Positions 41,601 through 53,988 of a DNA stretch of 60,420 bases are shown in pieces. The translations under genes were made by a program, and so were the position numbers. This DNA comes from Dendrobates tinctorius (lineage: Eukaryota), in NCBI RefSeq assembly GCF_039654945.1, contig NW_027361881.1, forward strand, positions 1,922,001-1,982,420. The letters run 5' to 3'. The notes under the pieces were generated by a model, which had not been told where the DNA came from, did not search any database, and was given only the letters and a program-made list of their open reading frames with translations. The first letter of the stretch is position 1. Every line of letters starts with the position of its first letter.

Positions 41601-43603
41601 AATAGTCTGCAGTAATATTATACTGTAATACCGCCCTCTAGTGTCGAGAAAATACTCTGCAGTAATATTATACTGTAATACCGCCCTCTGATGTCCAGAT
41701 AATACTCTGCAGTAATATTATACTGTAATACCGCCCTCTGATGTCCAGATAATACTCTGCAGTAATATTATACTGTAATACCGCCCTCTAGTGTCGAGAT
41801 AATACTCTGCAGTAATATTATACTGTAATACCGCCCTCTGATGTCCAGATAATACTCTGCAGTAATATTATACTGTAATACCGCCCTCTAGTGTCGAGAA
41901 AATACTCTGCAGTAATATTATACTGTAATACCGCCCTCTGATGTCCAGATAATACTCTGCAGTAATATTATACTGTAATACCGCCCTCTGATGTCCAGAT
42001 AATACTCTGCAGTAATATTATACTGTAATACCGCCCTCTAGTGTCGAGATAATACTCTGCAGTAATATTATACTGTAATACCGCCCTCTGATGTCCAGAT
42101 AATACTCTGCAGTAATATTATACTGTAATACCGCCCTCTGATGTCCAGATAATAGTCTGCAGTAATATTATACTGTAATACCGCCCTCTAGTGTCGAGAT
42201 AATACTCTGCAGTAATATTATACTGTAATACCGCCCTCTGATGTCCAGATAATTTTCCGCAGTAATATTATACTGTAATACCGCCCTCTGATGTCCAGAT
42301 AATAGTCTGCAGTAATATTATACTGTAATACCGCCCTCTGATGTCCAGATAATACTCTGCAGTAATATTATACTGTAATACCGCCCTCTGATGTCCAGAT
42401 AATACTCTGCAGTAATATTATACTGTAATACCGCCCTCTGATGTCCAGATAAAAGTCTGCAGTAATATTATACTGTAATACCGCACTCTAGTGTCCAGAT
42501 AATACTCTGCAGTAATATTATACTGTAATACCACCCTCTGATGTCCAGATAATAGTCTGCAGTAATATACTGTAATACCGCCCTCTGATGTCCCGATAAT
42601 ACTCTGCAGTAATATTATACTGTAATACCGCCCTCTGATGTCCAGATAATACTCTGCAGTAATATTATACTGTAATACTGCCCTCTAGTGTCCAGATAAT
42701 AGTCTGCAGTAATACTATACTGTAATACTGCCTTCTGATGTCCAGATAATACTCTGCAGTAATATTATACTGTAATACTGCCTTCTGATGTCCAGATAAT
42801 ACTCTGCAGTAATATTATACTGTAATACTGCCTTCTGATGTCCAGATAACACTCTGCAGTAATATTATACTGTAATATCGCCCTCTAGTGTCCAGATAAT
42901 ACTCTGCAGAAATATTATACTGTAATACTGCCCTCTAGTGTCCAGATAATAGTCTGCAGTAATACTATACTGTAATACTGCCTTCTGATGTCCAGATAAT
43001 ACTCTGCAGTAATACTATACTGTAATACTGCCTTCTGATGTCCAGATAATACTCTGCAGTAATATTATACTGTAATACTGCCTTCTGATGTCCAGATAAC
43101 ACTCTGCAGTAATATTATACTGTAATATCGCCCTCTAGTGTCCAGATAATACTCTGCAGAAATATTATACTGTAATACCGCCCTCTAGTGTCCAGATAAT
43201 ACTCTGCCGTAATATTATACTGTAATACTGGCCTCTAGTGTCCAGATAACACTCTGCAGTAATATTATACTGTAATACTGCCCTCTAGTGTCCAGATAAC
43301 ACTTTGCAGTATTATACTGTAATACCGCCCTCTAGTGTCCAGATAATACTCTGCAGTAATATTATACTGTAACACTGCCCTCTAGTGTCCAGATAACACT
43401 CTGCAGTAATATTATTCTGTAATTCTGCCCTCTATTGTTCAGATAATACTCTGCAGTAATATTATACTGCAATACTGCCCTCTAATTTCCAGATAATACT
43501 CTGTAATAATATTATACTGTAATACCGCCCTCTAGTGTCCAGATAATACTCTGTAGTAATATTATACTGTAATACTGCCCTCTAGTGTCCAGATAATACT
43601 CTG
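26646..43603. repeat. ~17-kb satellite of 50-bp units (some 47-bp), ~340 copies, in dusp intron 3; units carry a CTCF-like motif on the minus strand
   Basis: Type A unit AATACTGCCCTCTGGTGCACAGATAATACTCTGCAGTAATATTATACTGT; type B unit AATACCGCCCTCT(AG/GA)TGTCCAGATAATACTCTGCAGTAATATTATACTGT. Confidence 0.98.
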
Positions 43604-43938
43604 TGACCAAGCATCATAATTACAAAAATGTATTGTAAGAGGGAACTTTCCTCCCTGTGTAGAGCACCAGGTCGGTGTAAGGAGACTTATAGGCCGTGTT
43701 ATGCTCCACTGGGAATGTAAATATGCAAACAGCTATTAATAGAGGAAAAGGACTGACGCTCTAGCGCCCCCTATTGTGGCAGCAATCATAGAAGCTAAAA
43801 GCCAATATCAACCCTGTAACGAGTCAGAGGCCAAATCAGACCTCAAGCTTTGCACTTATGAGAGGCAACAATCCTGGTTAAATAGGATGATGGGATTGAT
43901 GACAGAGACTGACACAAATATTCTCACTAGATTCTCAC

Positions 43939-44021
43939 CGGCAGCAGCGGCTTGGCGTTGTTATGAACGGACACGATGTGGGTGATTCCATGATTGCTCA
44001 GAGACGCCGTATCCTCAGCAT
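43939..44021 (-). CDS. dusp22a: dusp22a-like coding exon 3
   Basis: 83 nt, AG/GT bounded; DAEDTASLSNHGITHIVSVHNNAKPLLP. Confidence 0.95.
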
Positions 44022-44056
44022 CTGCAATGAGAAATGAGTGCAGAAATCATGTATTA

Positions 44057-45078
44057 CACCATCACAGCGCCCATAATCACTACAGAGCACCATGACAGTG
44101 CCCATAATCATTGCAGAGCTCCATGACAGTGCCCATAATCACTACAGAGCTCCATGACAGTACCCATAATCACTACAGAGCTCCATGACAGCGCCCATAA
44201 TCACTACAGAGCACCATGACAGTACCCATAATCACTACAGAGCTCCATGACAGTACCCATAATCACTACAGAGCTCCATGACAGTACCCATAATCACTAC
44301 AGAGCTCCATGACAGTACCCATAATCACTACAGAGCTCCATGACAGTACCCATAATCACTACAGAGCTCCATGACAGCGCCCATAATCACTACAGAGCAC
44401 CATGACAGCGCCCATAATCACTACAGAGCTCCATGACAGTACCCATAATCACTACAGAGCTCCATGACAGCGCCCATAATCACTACAGAGCACCATGACA
44501 CCTCCCAGAATCACTACAGAGCACCATGACAGCTCCCAGAATCACAACAGAGCACCAAGACAGTGCCCATAATCACTACAGAGCTCCATGACAGTGCCCA
44601 TAATCACTACAGAGCACCATCACAGCGCCCATAATCACTACAGAGCACCAAGACAGTGCCCATAATCACTACAGAGCTCCATGACAGCGCCCATCATCAC
44701 TACAGAGCACCATGACAGTGCCCATAATCACTACAGAGCTCCATGACAGTACCCAAAATCACTACAGAGCTCCATGACAGCGCCCATCATCACTACAGAG
44801 CACCATGACAGCGCCCATCATCACTACAGAGCACCATGACAGCGCCCATCATCACTACAGAGCACCATGGCAGCACCCAGAATCACTACAGAGCCTAATG
44901 ACAGCGCCCAGAATCACTACAGAGCACCATGACAGCGCCCAGAATCACTACAGAGCACCATCACAGCGCCCAGAATCACTACAGAGCACCATGACAGCGC
45001 CCAGAATCACTACAGAGCACCATGACAGTGCCCAGAATCACTACAGAGCACCATGACCGCGCCCAGAATCACTACAGA
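44057..45078. repeat. 31-bp minisatellite, ~33 units, filling dusp intron 2
   Basis: Unit ACAGYRCCCATAATCACTACAGAGCWCCATG. Confidence 0.96.
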
Positions 45079-45176
45079 GGACACTCCTGCTGGCTCTGGC
45101 GCAGACTGCCTTCGGTGCAGGTGAGCGGCGCAGTCTCGGTGTCTCAGCCTCTTCTGATGCTTCGGCTCGTACTCAC

Positions 45177-45210
45177 CTCGTATGTTCCCCAGATATAACC
45201 CATCCAGAAC
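45177..45210 (-). CDS. dusp22a: dusp22a-like coding exon 2
   Basis: 34 nt, TTGCAG acceptor and GTGAGT donor; VLDGLYLGNIR. Confidence 0.95.
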
Positions 45211-45637
45211 CTGCAACATAAAACATGGGATGATCTGACAACATGGAAATACTGACACTCCGATAATCCAGAATCTGATAATCCAGAAACAATCAAGACC
45301 AAAGAACAGATCACCCCAAATATATCACTCCCATCAGCTGTCACCGCTGGTGCCTTCATGTGAGCGGTCCGCGGGTATTACTAATACTGTATACGGGGTG
45401 ACTGTCAGCAGCGGCTCAGGCACACAGTGTCAGGCCACAGCACCTGGACCACCCAGACCCCAAACCCCGCACACCCTCCTGTCTAATCCGTGCAGAGCTG
45501 ACACTCAGCGCTTACCGCAGCTATTTATATGTCTTGTTTACCCCATAGAGACGCTAATAATAAAACTCCACAGCTGAGACTCATCGCACCAGAAGGCGTC
45601 CCCCAGGGGGCGCAGCACTCATCAACCTGGTGAAGCA

Positions 45638-46875
45638 ACTGCACCAGCAGAATAGTGAGTGCAGCTCTGGAGTATAATACAGGAGGCAACTCAGGATCAG
45701 TAATGTAATGTATGTACACAGTGACTGCACCAGCAGAATAGTGAGTGCAGCTCTGGAGTATAATACAGGAGGCAACTCAGGATCAGTAATGTAATGTATG
45801 TACACAGTGACTGCACCAGCAGAATAGTGAGTGCAGCTCTGGGGTATAATACAGGATGTAACTCAGGATCAGTAATGTAGTGTATGTACACAGTGACTGC
45901 ACCAGCAGAATAGTGAGTGCAGCTCTGGAGTATAATACAGGATGTAACTCAGGATCAGTAATGTAATGTATGTACACAGTGACTGCACCAGCAGAATAGT
46001 GAGTGCAGCTCTGGGGTATAATACAGGATGTAACTCAGGATCAGTAATGTAATGTATGTACACAGTGACTGCACCAGCAGAATAGTGACTGCAGCTCTGG
46101 AGTATAATACAGGATGTAACTCAGGATCAGTAATGTATGTATGTACACAGTGACTGCACCAGCAGAATAGTGAGTGCAGCTCTGGAGTATAATACAGGAT
46201 GTAACTCAGGATCAGTAATGTAGTGTATGTACACAGTGACTGCACCAGCAGAATAGTGAGTGCAGCTCTGGAGTATAATACAGGATGTAACTCAGGATCA
46301 GTAATGTAATGTATGTACACAGTGACTGCACCAGTAGAATAGTGAGTGCAGCTCTGGGGTATAATACAGGATGTAACTCAGGATCAGTAATGTAGTGTAT
46401 GTACACAGTGACTGCACCAGCAGAATAGTGAGTGCAGCTCTGGAGTATAATACAGGATGTAACTCAGGATCAGTAATGTAATGTATGTACACAGTGACTG
46501 CACCAGCAGAATAGTGAGTGCAGCTCTGGGGTATAATACAGGATGTAACTCAGGATCAGTAATGTAATGTATGTACACAGTGACTGCACCAGAAGAATAG
46601 TGAGTGCAGCTCTGGAGTATAATACAGGATGTAACTCAGGATCAGTAATGTATGTACACAGTGACTGCACCAGCAGAATAGTGAGTGCAGCTCTGGGGTA
46701 TAATACAGTAGGTAACTCAAGATCAGTAATGTATGTACACAGTGACTGCACCAGCAGAATAGTGAGTGCAGCTCTGGGGTATAATACAGGATGTAACTCA
46801 GGATCAGTAATGTAATGTATGTACACAGTGACTGCACCAGCAGAATAGTGAGTGCAGCTCTGGAGTATAATACAG
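45638..46875. repeat. 86-bp tandem repeat, ~14 units (dusp intron 1)
   Basis: Unit ACTGCACCAGCAGAATAGTGAGTGCAGCTCTGGRGTATAATACAGGATGTAACTCAGGATCAGTAATGTAATGTATGTACACAGTG; ORF track shows 86-nt spacing. Confidence 0.96.
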
Positions 46876-47161
46876 CAGTGTGAGTTTTATCCAATGTTTT
46901 TTCGTTACAAGTTCCTTTGGAAATTAATTCACCGCCCTCTACCACTGAGCTCCTGCTAATCCAAAACATCCCTCCTCCATCACTTCTCTCATGCTGCACC
47001 GGTTAGGTGGAATGCTCTACCCAGTCTGGTTCACCTCCAGGCTTCGGCAGAGCAAATCTGTACATGAGAAAGTGTCAGGACTTACAACAAAGTAGTCTGC
47101 TGTACACGGAGCAGCCGCGCAGCCTGGGGCCATGTTGTCGCCTCTCCACCTCCGCACGTAC

Positions 47162-47182
47162 CTGGCTCATCCCTCCTCCCAT
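47162..47182 (-). CDS. dusp22a: dusp22a-like coding exon 1 (MGGGMSQ, predicted N-myristoylation motif)
   Basis: 21 coding nt then CAG|GTACGT donor; equivalent to DUSP22/DUSP15 MGNGMxK; exon sizes 21/34/83/50/75/172 splice in frame. Confidence 0.9.
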
Positions 47183-47650
47183 TACGCTGGTCAGGATCTG
47201 TAAACACAGGACAGGGGGCGACAGAGGAAAGGTGCAGCGTGAGCACAGGAGACGGACGGGGTCCGTAGGAAGAGAATAGAGGTCGTCACCGACCAGGGAG
47301 AAGTCGCTGCAGAGCAACACGGTTGTCACAAACAGCGCTGGACTCATCACCAGGGCGGAGGCATCAGGTTACCCCGAGCCGCCCTCTGCGCGGTGACAGG
47401 TTACAGCAGGCGGCACAGCCCCAGCCCTCGTCTGGAAGACGACACTTCTACAATAGATGCGCCCTGTGCTTCCAAAACCGTTTATTTTCTGAGAGTAACT
47501 TTTTACTCCTGATTCTGCACAGGGTGGGGAGGGCGGCCTCTCCCAGCGTTTAGAGATTGGCTTCAGAGCAGCTACATGGGCCAGAGAGAGCAAAGGAGTT
47601 GCAAAAAATTCACAGGTTTCTATGGGATAGTGTTGAAGGGAGGGTGAGGA

Positions 47651-50600
47651 GGTGAGCTGTGACATCAGCTATTGATTCCTATGGTTGAGTGTTGTGGGCA
47701 TGGTCATCATGCAGCGGTGAGCTGTGACATCAGCTATTGATTCCGATGGTTGAGTGTTGTGGGCATGGTCAGCATGCAGCGGTGAGCTGTGACATCAGCT
47801 ATTGATTCCTATGGTTGAGTGTTGTGGGCATGGTCATCATGCAGCGGTGAGCTGTGACATCAGCTATTGATTCCTATGGTTGAGTGTTGTGGGCATGGTC
47901 ATCAAGCAGCGGTGAGCTGTGACATCAGCTATTGATTCCTATGGTTGAGTGTTGTGGGCATGGTCATCAAGCAGCGGTGAGCTGTGACATCAGCTATTGA
48001 TTCCTATGGTTGAGTGTTGTGGGCATGGTTAGCATGCAGCGGTGAGCTGTGACATCAGCTATTGATTCCTATGGTTGAGTGTGGTGGGCATGGTCATCAA
48101 GCAGCGGTGAGCTGTGACATCAGCTATTGATTCCTATGGTTGAGTGTTGTGGGCATGGTCATCATGCAGCGGTGAGCTGTGACATCAGCTATTGATTCCG
48201 ATGGTTGAGTGTTGTAGGCATGGTCAGCATGCAGCGGTGAGCTGTGACATCAGCTATTGATTCCTATGGTTGAGTGTTGTGGGCATGGTCATCATGCAGC
48301 GGTGAGCTGTGACATCAGCTATTGATTCCTATGGTTGAGTGTTGTGGGCATGGTCATCAAGCAGCGGTGAGCTGTGACATCAGCTATTGATTCCTATGGT
48401 TGAGTGTTGTGGGCATGGTCATCATGCAGCGGTGAGCTGTGACATCAGCTATTGATTCCTATGGTTGAGTGTGGTGGGCATGGTCATCAAACAGCGGTGA
48501 GCTGTGACATCAGCTATTGATTCCTATGGTTGAGTGTTGTGGGCATGGTCATCAAGCAGCGGTGAGCTGTGACATCAGCTATTGATTCCTATGGTTGAGT
48601 GTTGTGGGCATGGTCATCATGCAGCGGTGAGCTGTGACATCAGCTATTGATTCCTATGGTTGAGTGTGGTGGGCATGGTCATCAGTGCAGTGGTGAGCTG
48701 TGACATCAGCTATTGATTCCTATGGTTGAGTGTTGTGGGCATGGTCATCAGTGCAGTGGTGAGCTGTGACATCAGCTATTGATTCCTATGGTTGAGTGTT
48801 GTGGGCATGGTCATCAAGCAGCGGTGAGCTGTGACATCAGCTATTGATTCCTATGGTTGAGTGTTGTGGGCATGGTCATCATGCAGCGGTGAGCTGTGAC
48901 ATCAGCTATTGATTCCTATGGTTGAGTGTGGTGGGCATGGTCATCAGTGCAGTGGTGAGCTGTGACATCAGCTATTGATTCCTATGGTTGAGTGTTGTGG
49001 GCATGGTCATCAAGCAGCGGTGAGCTGTGACATCAGCTATTGATTCCTATGGTTGAGTGTTGTGGGCATGGTCATCATGCAGCGGTGAGCTGTGACATCA
49101 GCTATTGATTCCTATGGTTGAGTGTTGTGGGCATGGTCATCAGTGCAGTGGTGAGCTGTGACATCAGCTATTGATTCCTATGGTTGAGTGTTGTGGGCAT
49201 GGTCATCAAGCAGCGGTGAGCTGTGACATCAGCTATTGATTCCTATGGTTGAGTGTTGTGGGCATGGTCATCATGCAGCGGTGAGCTGTGACATCAGCTA
49301 TTGATTCCTATGGTTGAGTGTGGTGGGCATGGTCATCAGTGCAGTGGTGAGCTGTGACATCAGCTATTGATTCCTATGGTTGAGTGTTGTGGGCATGGTC
49401 ATCAAGCAGCGGTGAGCTGTGACATCAGCTATTGATTCCTATGGTTGAGTGTTGTGGGCATGGTCATCATGCAGCGGTGAGCTGTGACATCAGCTATTGA
49501 TTCCTATGGTTGAGTGTTGTGGGCATGGTCATCAGTGCAGTGGTGAGCTGTGACATCAGCTATTGATTCCTATGGTTGAGTGTTGTGGGCATGGTCATCA
49601 AGCAGCGGTGAGCTGTGACATCAGCTATTGATTCCTATGGTTGAGTGTTGTGGGCATGGTCATCATGCAGCGGTGAGCTGTGACATCAGCTATTGATTCC
49701 TATGGTTGAGTGTGGTGGGCATGGTCATCAGTGCAGTGGTGAGCTGTGACATCAGCTATTGATTCCTATGGTTGAGTGTTGTGGGCATGGTTAGCATGCA
49801 GCGGTGAGCTGTGACATCAGCTATTGATTCCTATGGTTGAGTCTTGTGGGCATGGTCATCATGCAGCGGTGAGCTGTGACATCAGCTATTGATTCCTATG
49901 GTTGAGTGTGGTGGGCATGGTCATCAGTGCAGCGGTGAGCTGTGACATCAGCTATTGATTCCTATGGTTGAGTCTTGTGGGCATGGTCATCAGTGCAGCG
50001 GTGAGCTGTGACATCAGCTATTGATTCCTATGGTTATGTGTTGTGGGCATGGTCATCATGCAGCGGTGAGCTGTGACATCAGCTATTGATTCCTATGATT
50101 GAGTGTTGTGGGCATGGTCATCATGCAGCGGTGAGCTGTGACATCAGCTATTGATTCCTATGGTTGAGTGTGGTGGGCATGGTCATCATGCAGCGGTGAG
50201 CTGTGACATCAGCTATTGATTCCTATGGTTGAGTGTGGTGGGCATGGTCATCAAGCAGCGGTGAGCTGTGACATCAGCTATTGATTCCTATGGTTGAGTC
50301 TTGTGGGCATGGTCATCAGTGCAGCAGTGAGCTGTGACATCGGCTATTGATTCCTATGGTTGAGTGTTGTGGGCATGGTCATCATGCAGCGGTGAGCTGT
50401 GACATCAGCTATTGATTCCTATGGTTGAGTGTGGTGGGCATGGTCATCATGCAGCGGTGAGCTGTGACATCAGCTATTGATTCCTATGGTTGAGTGTGGT
50501 GGGCATGGTCATCAAACAGCGGTGAGCTGTGACATCAGCTATTGATTCCTATGGTTGAGTCTTGTGGGCATGGTCATCAGTGCAGCCGTGACATCAGCTA

Positions 50601-52046
50601 TTGATTCCTATGGTTGAGTGTTGTGGGCATGGTCATCATGCAGCGGTGAGCTGTGACATCAGCTATTGATTCCTATGGTTGAGTGTGGTGGGCATGGTCA
50701 TCAAGCAGCGGTGAGCTGTGACATCAGCTATTGATTCCTATGGTTGAGTGTTGTGGGCATGGTCATCATGCAGCGGTGAGCTGTGACATCAGCTATTGAT
50801 TCCTATGGTTGAGTGTTGTGGGCATGGTCAGCATGCAGCGGTGAGCTGTGACATCAGCTATTGATTCCTATGGTTATGTGTTGTGGGCATGGTCATCATG
50901 CAGCGGTGAGCTGTGACATCAGCTATTGATTCCTATGGTTGAGTGTTGTGGGCATGGTCATCAGTGCAGCGGTGAGCTGTGACATCAGCTATTGATTCCT
51001 ATGGTTGATTGTGGTGGGCATGGTCATCAGTGCAGCGGTGAGCTGTGACATCAGCTATTGATTCCTATGGTTGAGTGTTGTGGGCATGGTCATCATGCAG
51101 CGGTGAGCTGTGACATCATAATTCCTATGGTTGAGTGTTGTGGGCATGGTCATCATGCAGCGGTGAACTGTGACATCAGCTATTGATTCCTATGGTTGAG
51201 TGTTGTGGGCATGGTCATCATGCAGCGGTGAGCTGTGACATCAGCTATTGATTCCTATGGTTGAGTGTGGTGGGCATGGTCATCATGCAGCGGTGAGCTG
51301 TGACATCAGCTATTGATTCCTATGGTTGAGTGTTGTGGGCATGCTCATCAAGCAGCGGTGAGCTGTGACATCAGCTATTGTTTCCTATGGTTGAGTGTTG
51401 TGGGCATGGTCATCATGCAGCGGTGAGCTGTGACATCAGCTATTAATTCCTATGGTTGAGTTTTGTGGGCATGGTCATCAGTGCAGCGGTGAGCTGTGAC
51501 ATCAGCTATTGATTCCTATGGTTGAGTGTTGTGGGCATGGTCATCAAGCAGCGGTGAGCTGTGACATCAGCTATTGATTCCTATGGTTGAGTGTTGTGGG
51601 CATGGTCATCATGCAGCGGTGAGCTGTGACATCAGCTATTGATTCCTATGGTTGAGTGTTGTGGGCATGGTCAGCATGCAGCAGTGACATCAGCTATTGA
51701 TTCCTATGGTTATGTGTTGTGGGCATGGTCATCATGCAGCGGTGAGCTGTGACATCAGCTATTGATTCCTATGGTTGAGTGTTGTGGGCATGGTCAGCAT
51801 GCAGCAGTGACATCAGCTATTGATTCCTATGGTTATGTGTTGTGGGCATGGTCATCATGCAGCGGTGAGCTGTGAAATCAGCTATTGATTCCTATGGTTG
51901 AGTGTTGTGGGCATGGTCATCATTCAGCGGTGAGCTGTGACATCAGCTATTGATTCCTATGATTGAGTGTTGTGGGCATGGTCATCATGCAGCGGTGAGC
52001 TGTGACATCAGCTATTGATTTCTATGGGTGAGTGTTGTGGGCATGC
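47651..52046. repeat. 65/66-bp minisatellite, ~67 units, between COX4I1 and the dusp gene
   Basis: Unit GGTGAGCTGTGACATCAGCTATTGATTCCTATGGTTGAGTGTTGTGGGCATGGTCATCATGCAGC. Confidence 0.97.
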
Positions 52047-52474
52047 TCTGTGACCCGTCACACACTGCATTTCCATGTGTCGGGTGCAGTAGTAGGGGGC
52101 CGGCACTACAGGGTAGTGCTGAAGACTTGCTTTAGACTGCACTACTGCTCAGCTACACTCCCCGACACAGAGTACATCACCAGGTACTAGGTGGACACCT
52201 CGCACAGTGGCTCTATAGAGATGCTGCAGAGCACACACCCCGAGTCTCAGCTGCTAGTATGTGATGTCGCCATGAGACCACATGGGGGGCTTCCGAGTAG
52301 TGACCACCATTATACTCAGATTTACAGGTGGTCACTGGTCAGAGGTGGCTGCTGCGTTGTGCAGGGGGTCCGGCCCGACCATCACTGGTATAAACATCAC
52401 TAAACAAGACCCACGTTCATCTCATCATCAGGATGGAAGAAACAACAGAACGGCAGCGTCAAGTAAACCAGCAT

Positions 52475-52480
52475 TTTATT
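52475..52480 (-). terminator. COX4I1 polyadenylation signal
   Basis: AATAAA on the minus strand ~85 nt after the stop, with a U/GU-rich stretch downstream. Confidence 0.75.
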
Positions 52481-52565
52481 TGTAACAGGAAATGTTCCAG
52501 CAATTAAGTGATGAGGTATTGTTGTGAATGGACCACAGCAGATCACGAGGTTCCGGACGGACGCC

Positions 52566-52702
52566 TCATTTCTTCCACTCATTCTTGTCGTAGTCCCATT
52601 TGGCGGAGAAGCCTTCCACCGGGTTGATCCTCATGTCCAGCATCCTCTTGGTCTGCATGGCGACCCATTCATCAGACAGAGTGTGTGGGATCTCCCCGAA
52701 GA
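52566..52702 (-). CDS. COX4I1: Cytochrome c oxidase subunit 4 isoform 1, last coding exon
   Basis: 137 nt; VFGEIPHTLSDEWVAMQTKRMLDMRINPVEGFSAKWDYDKNEWKK*; the four coding exons total 507 nt = 168 aa + stop. Confidence 0.96.
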
Positions 52703-53781
52703 CTAGAACAGACGGGAAGAGGTCAATTACCTGCTGCTTCCCAAGGCACACGTCCATCACATTCTATACACACAGTACTCAAGAAAAAAAAAATCTTACA
52801 ACTTTCTAACAAGTTTTTTAACCCACAGGATCTCTGCTTCCTGTCAATGAATGGGAACATTAAAGAAAACCGTGCCAAGAGCCAATACTACCCACAGCTG
52901 AAGGTTTGTCACAATTGCACGGAGTCTCACTCACTGCAAGCTGACAATTATCACACGGCAATGAATCTGAGGCCGTCCTGAGTATCAGGTCTATACCTGG
53001 CTCATATGCAGTCACGTCTCTGTCCTCCCAGATCTGTCGCTTTATTCTCTAGCCTCCAGAGAAAGAGCCGCCGGCACCTAGGAGTGGTCACTGGCGAGAT
53101 ATCCCCCAGCTTGGACTGACATAAGTGACAGTAGTACGCCGGATACCGGCAATGTTTTACAAAGGGGGACCTGGACCCACAAAAGAAAGCAGAGGCAATG
53201 GCTGACGATGCATCATTGTGTAATACTACAGGGAAATCCTATACAAAGAATGGAGGCCGCTTGCAGGGGATAAAGGAGGCCAGATACCGACACTGTAAAC
53301 AGTTCACAGGGACACCCATTCTCCGTACCTCATTGCCATGTAAGGGCCGGGAGAGTACAGCGAGGCCCTAGATCTCAGATACAGTAAGAAGGGGCGGAAA
53401 ACTGGGAGTCGAAGGAGCCGGGTGCCATCGGGGAATGTAATCCTACATGTTTAAGTAGGTGCAAAAAAATGTGGATAATCTGGCATCTAAGGTTCAGAAT
53501 CCTCAGAAAATCTGTAGTATGAGGCCCCCTTTATCACCACATGGTCACAGCATCCACATTCACACCCTCAGCCTGCACAAGGGGAAATCGTGTGCCGCCC
53601 CCCCCAGATCCTTACATAATTAATTCAGTAATACCCCACTAATGCTGCATGGGAATAGTTGTGCTGCAGAGCGTCCCTCCAGGCCAAATCTGACAGATTG
53701 GGTGGGTGACACGAAGTTAGACAGCAGGGACCTGTGCAGCAACATGTAAGGACAAGCATCACCTGCTTTTGTATCACTTAC

Positions 53782-53913
53782 CATATTCCCTCTGCCACAC
53801 GATAATGAGGGCAGTGAGGCCGATGAAGATGAGCGTGCCACCCAGAACAGTCTTCCACTCGTTTGATCCCTTGTTCATATCAGCGTAGCTCTGGTTGAAC
53901 TTGATGCGGTACA
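53782..53913 (-). CDS. COX4I1: COX4I1 coding exon 3 (transmembrane helix)
   Basis: 132 nt, AG and GTAAGT bounded; [44 protein letters not shown]. Confidence 0.96.
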
Positions 53914-53988
53914 CTGGCAGAAGGTATCAACTATTACAATCCTTCAATAAGCAGCTCAGAAATTGCACGAATATGTGCTCAATGAAAT

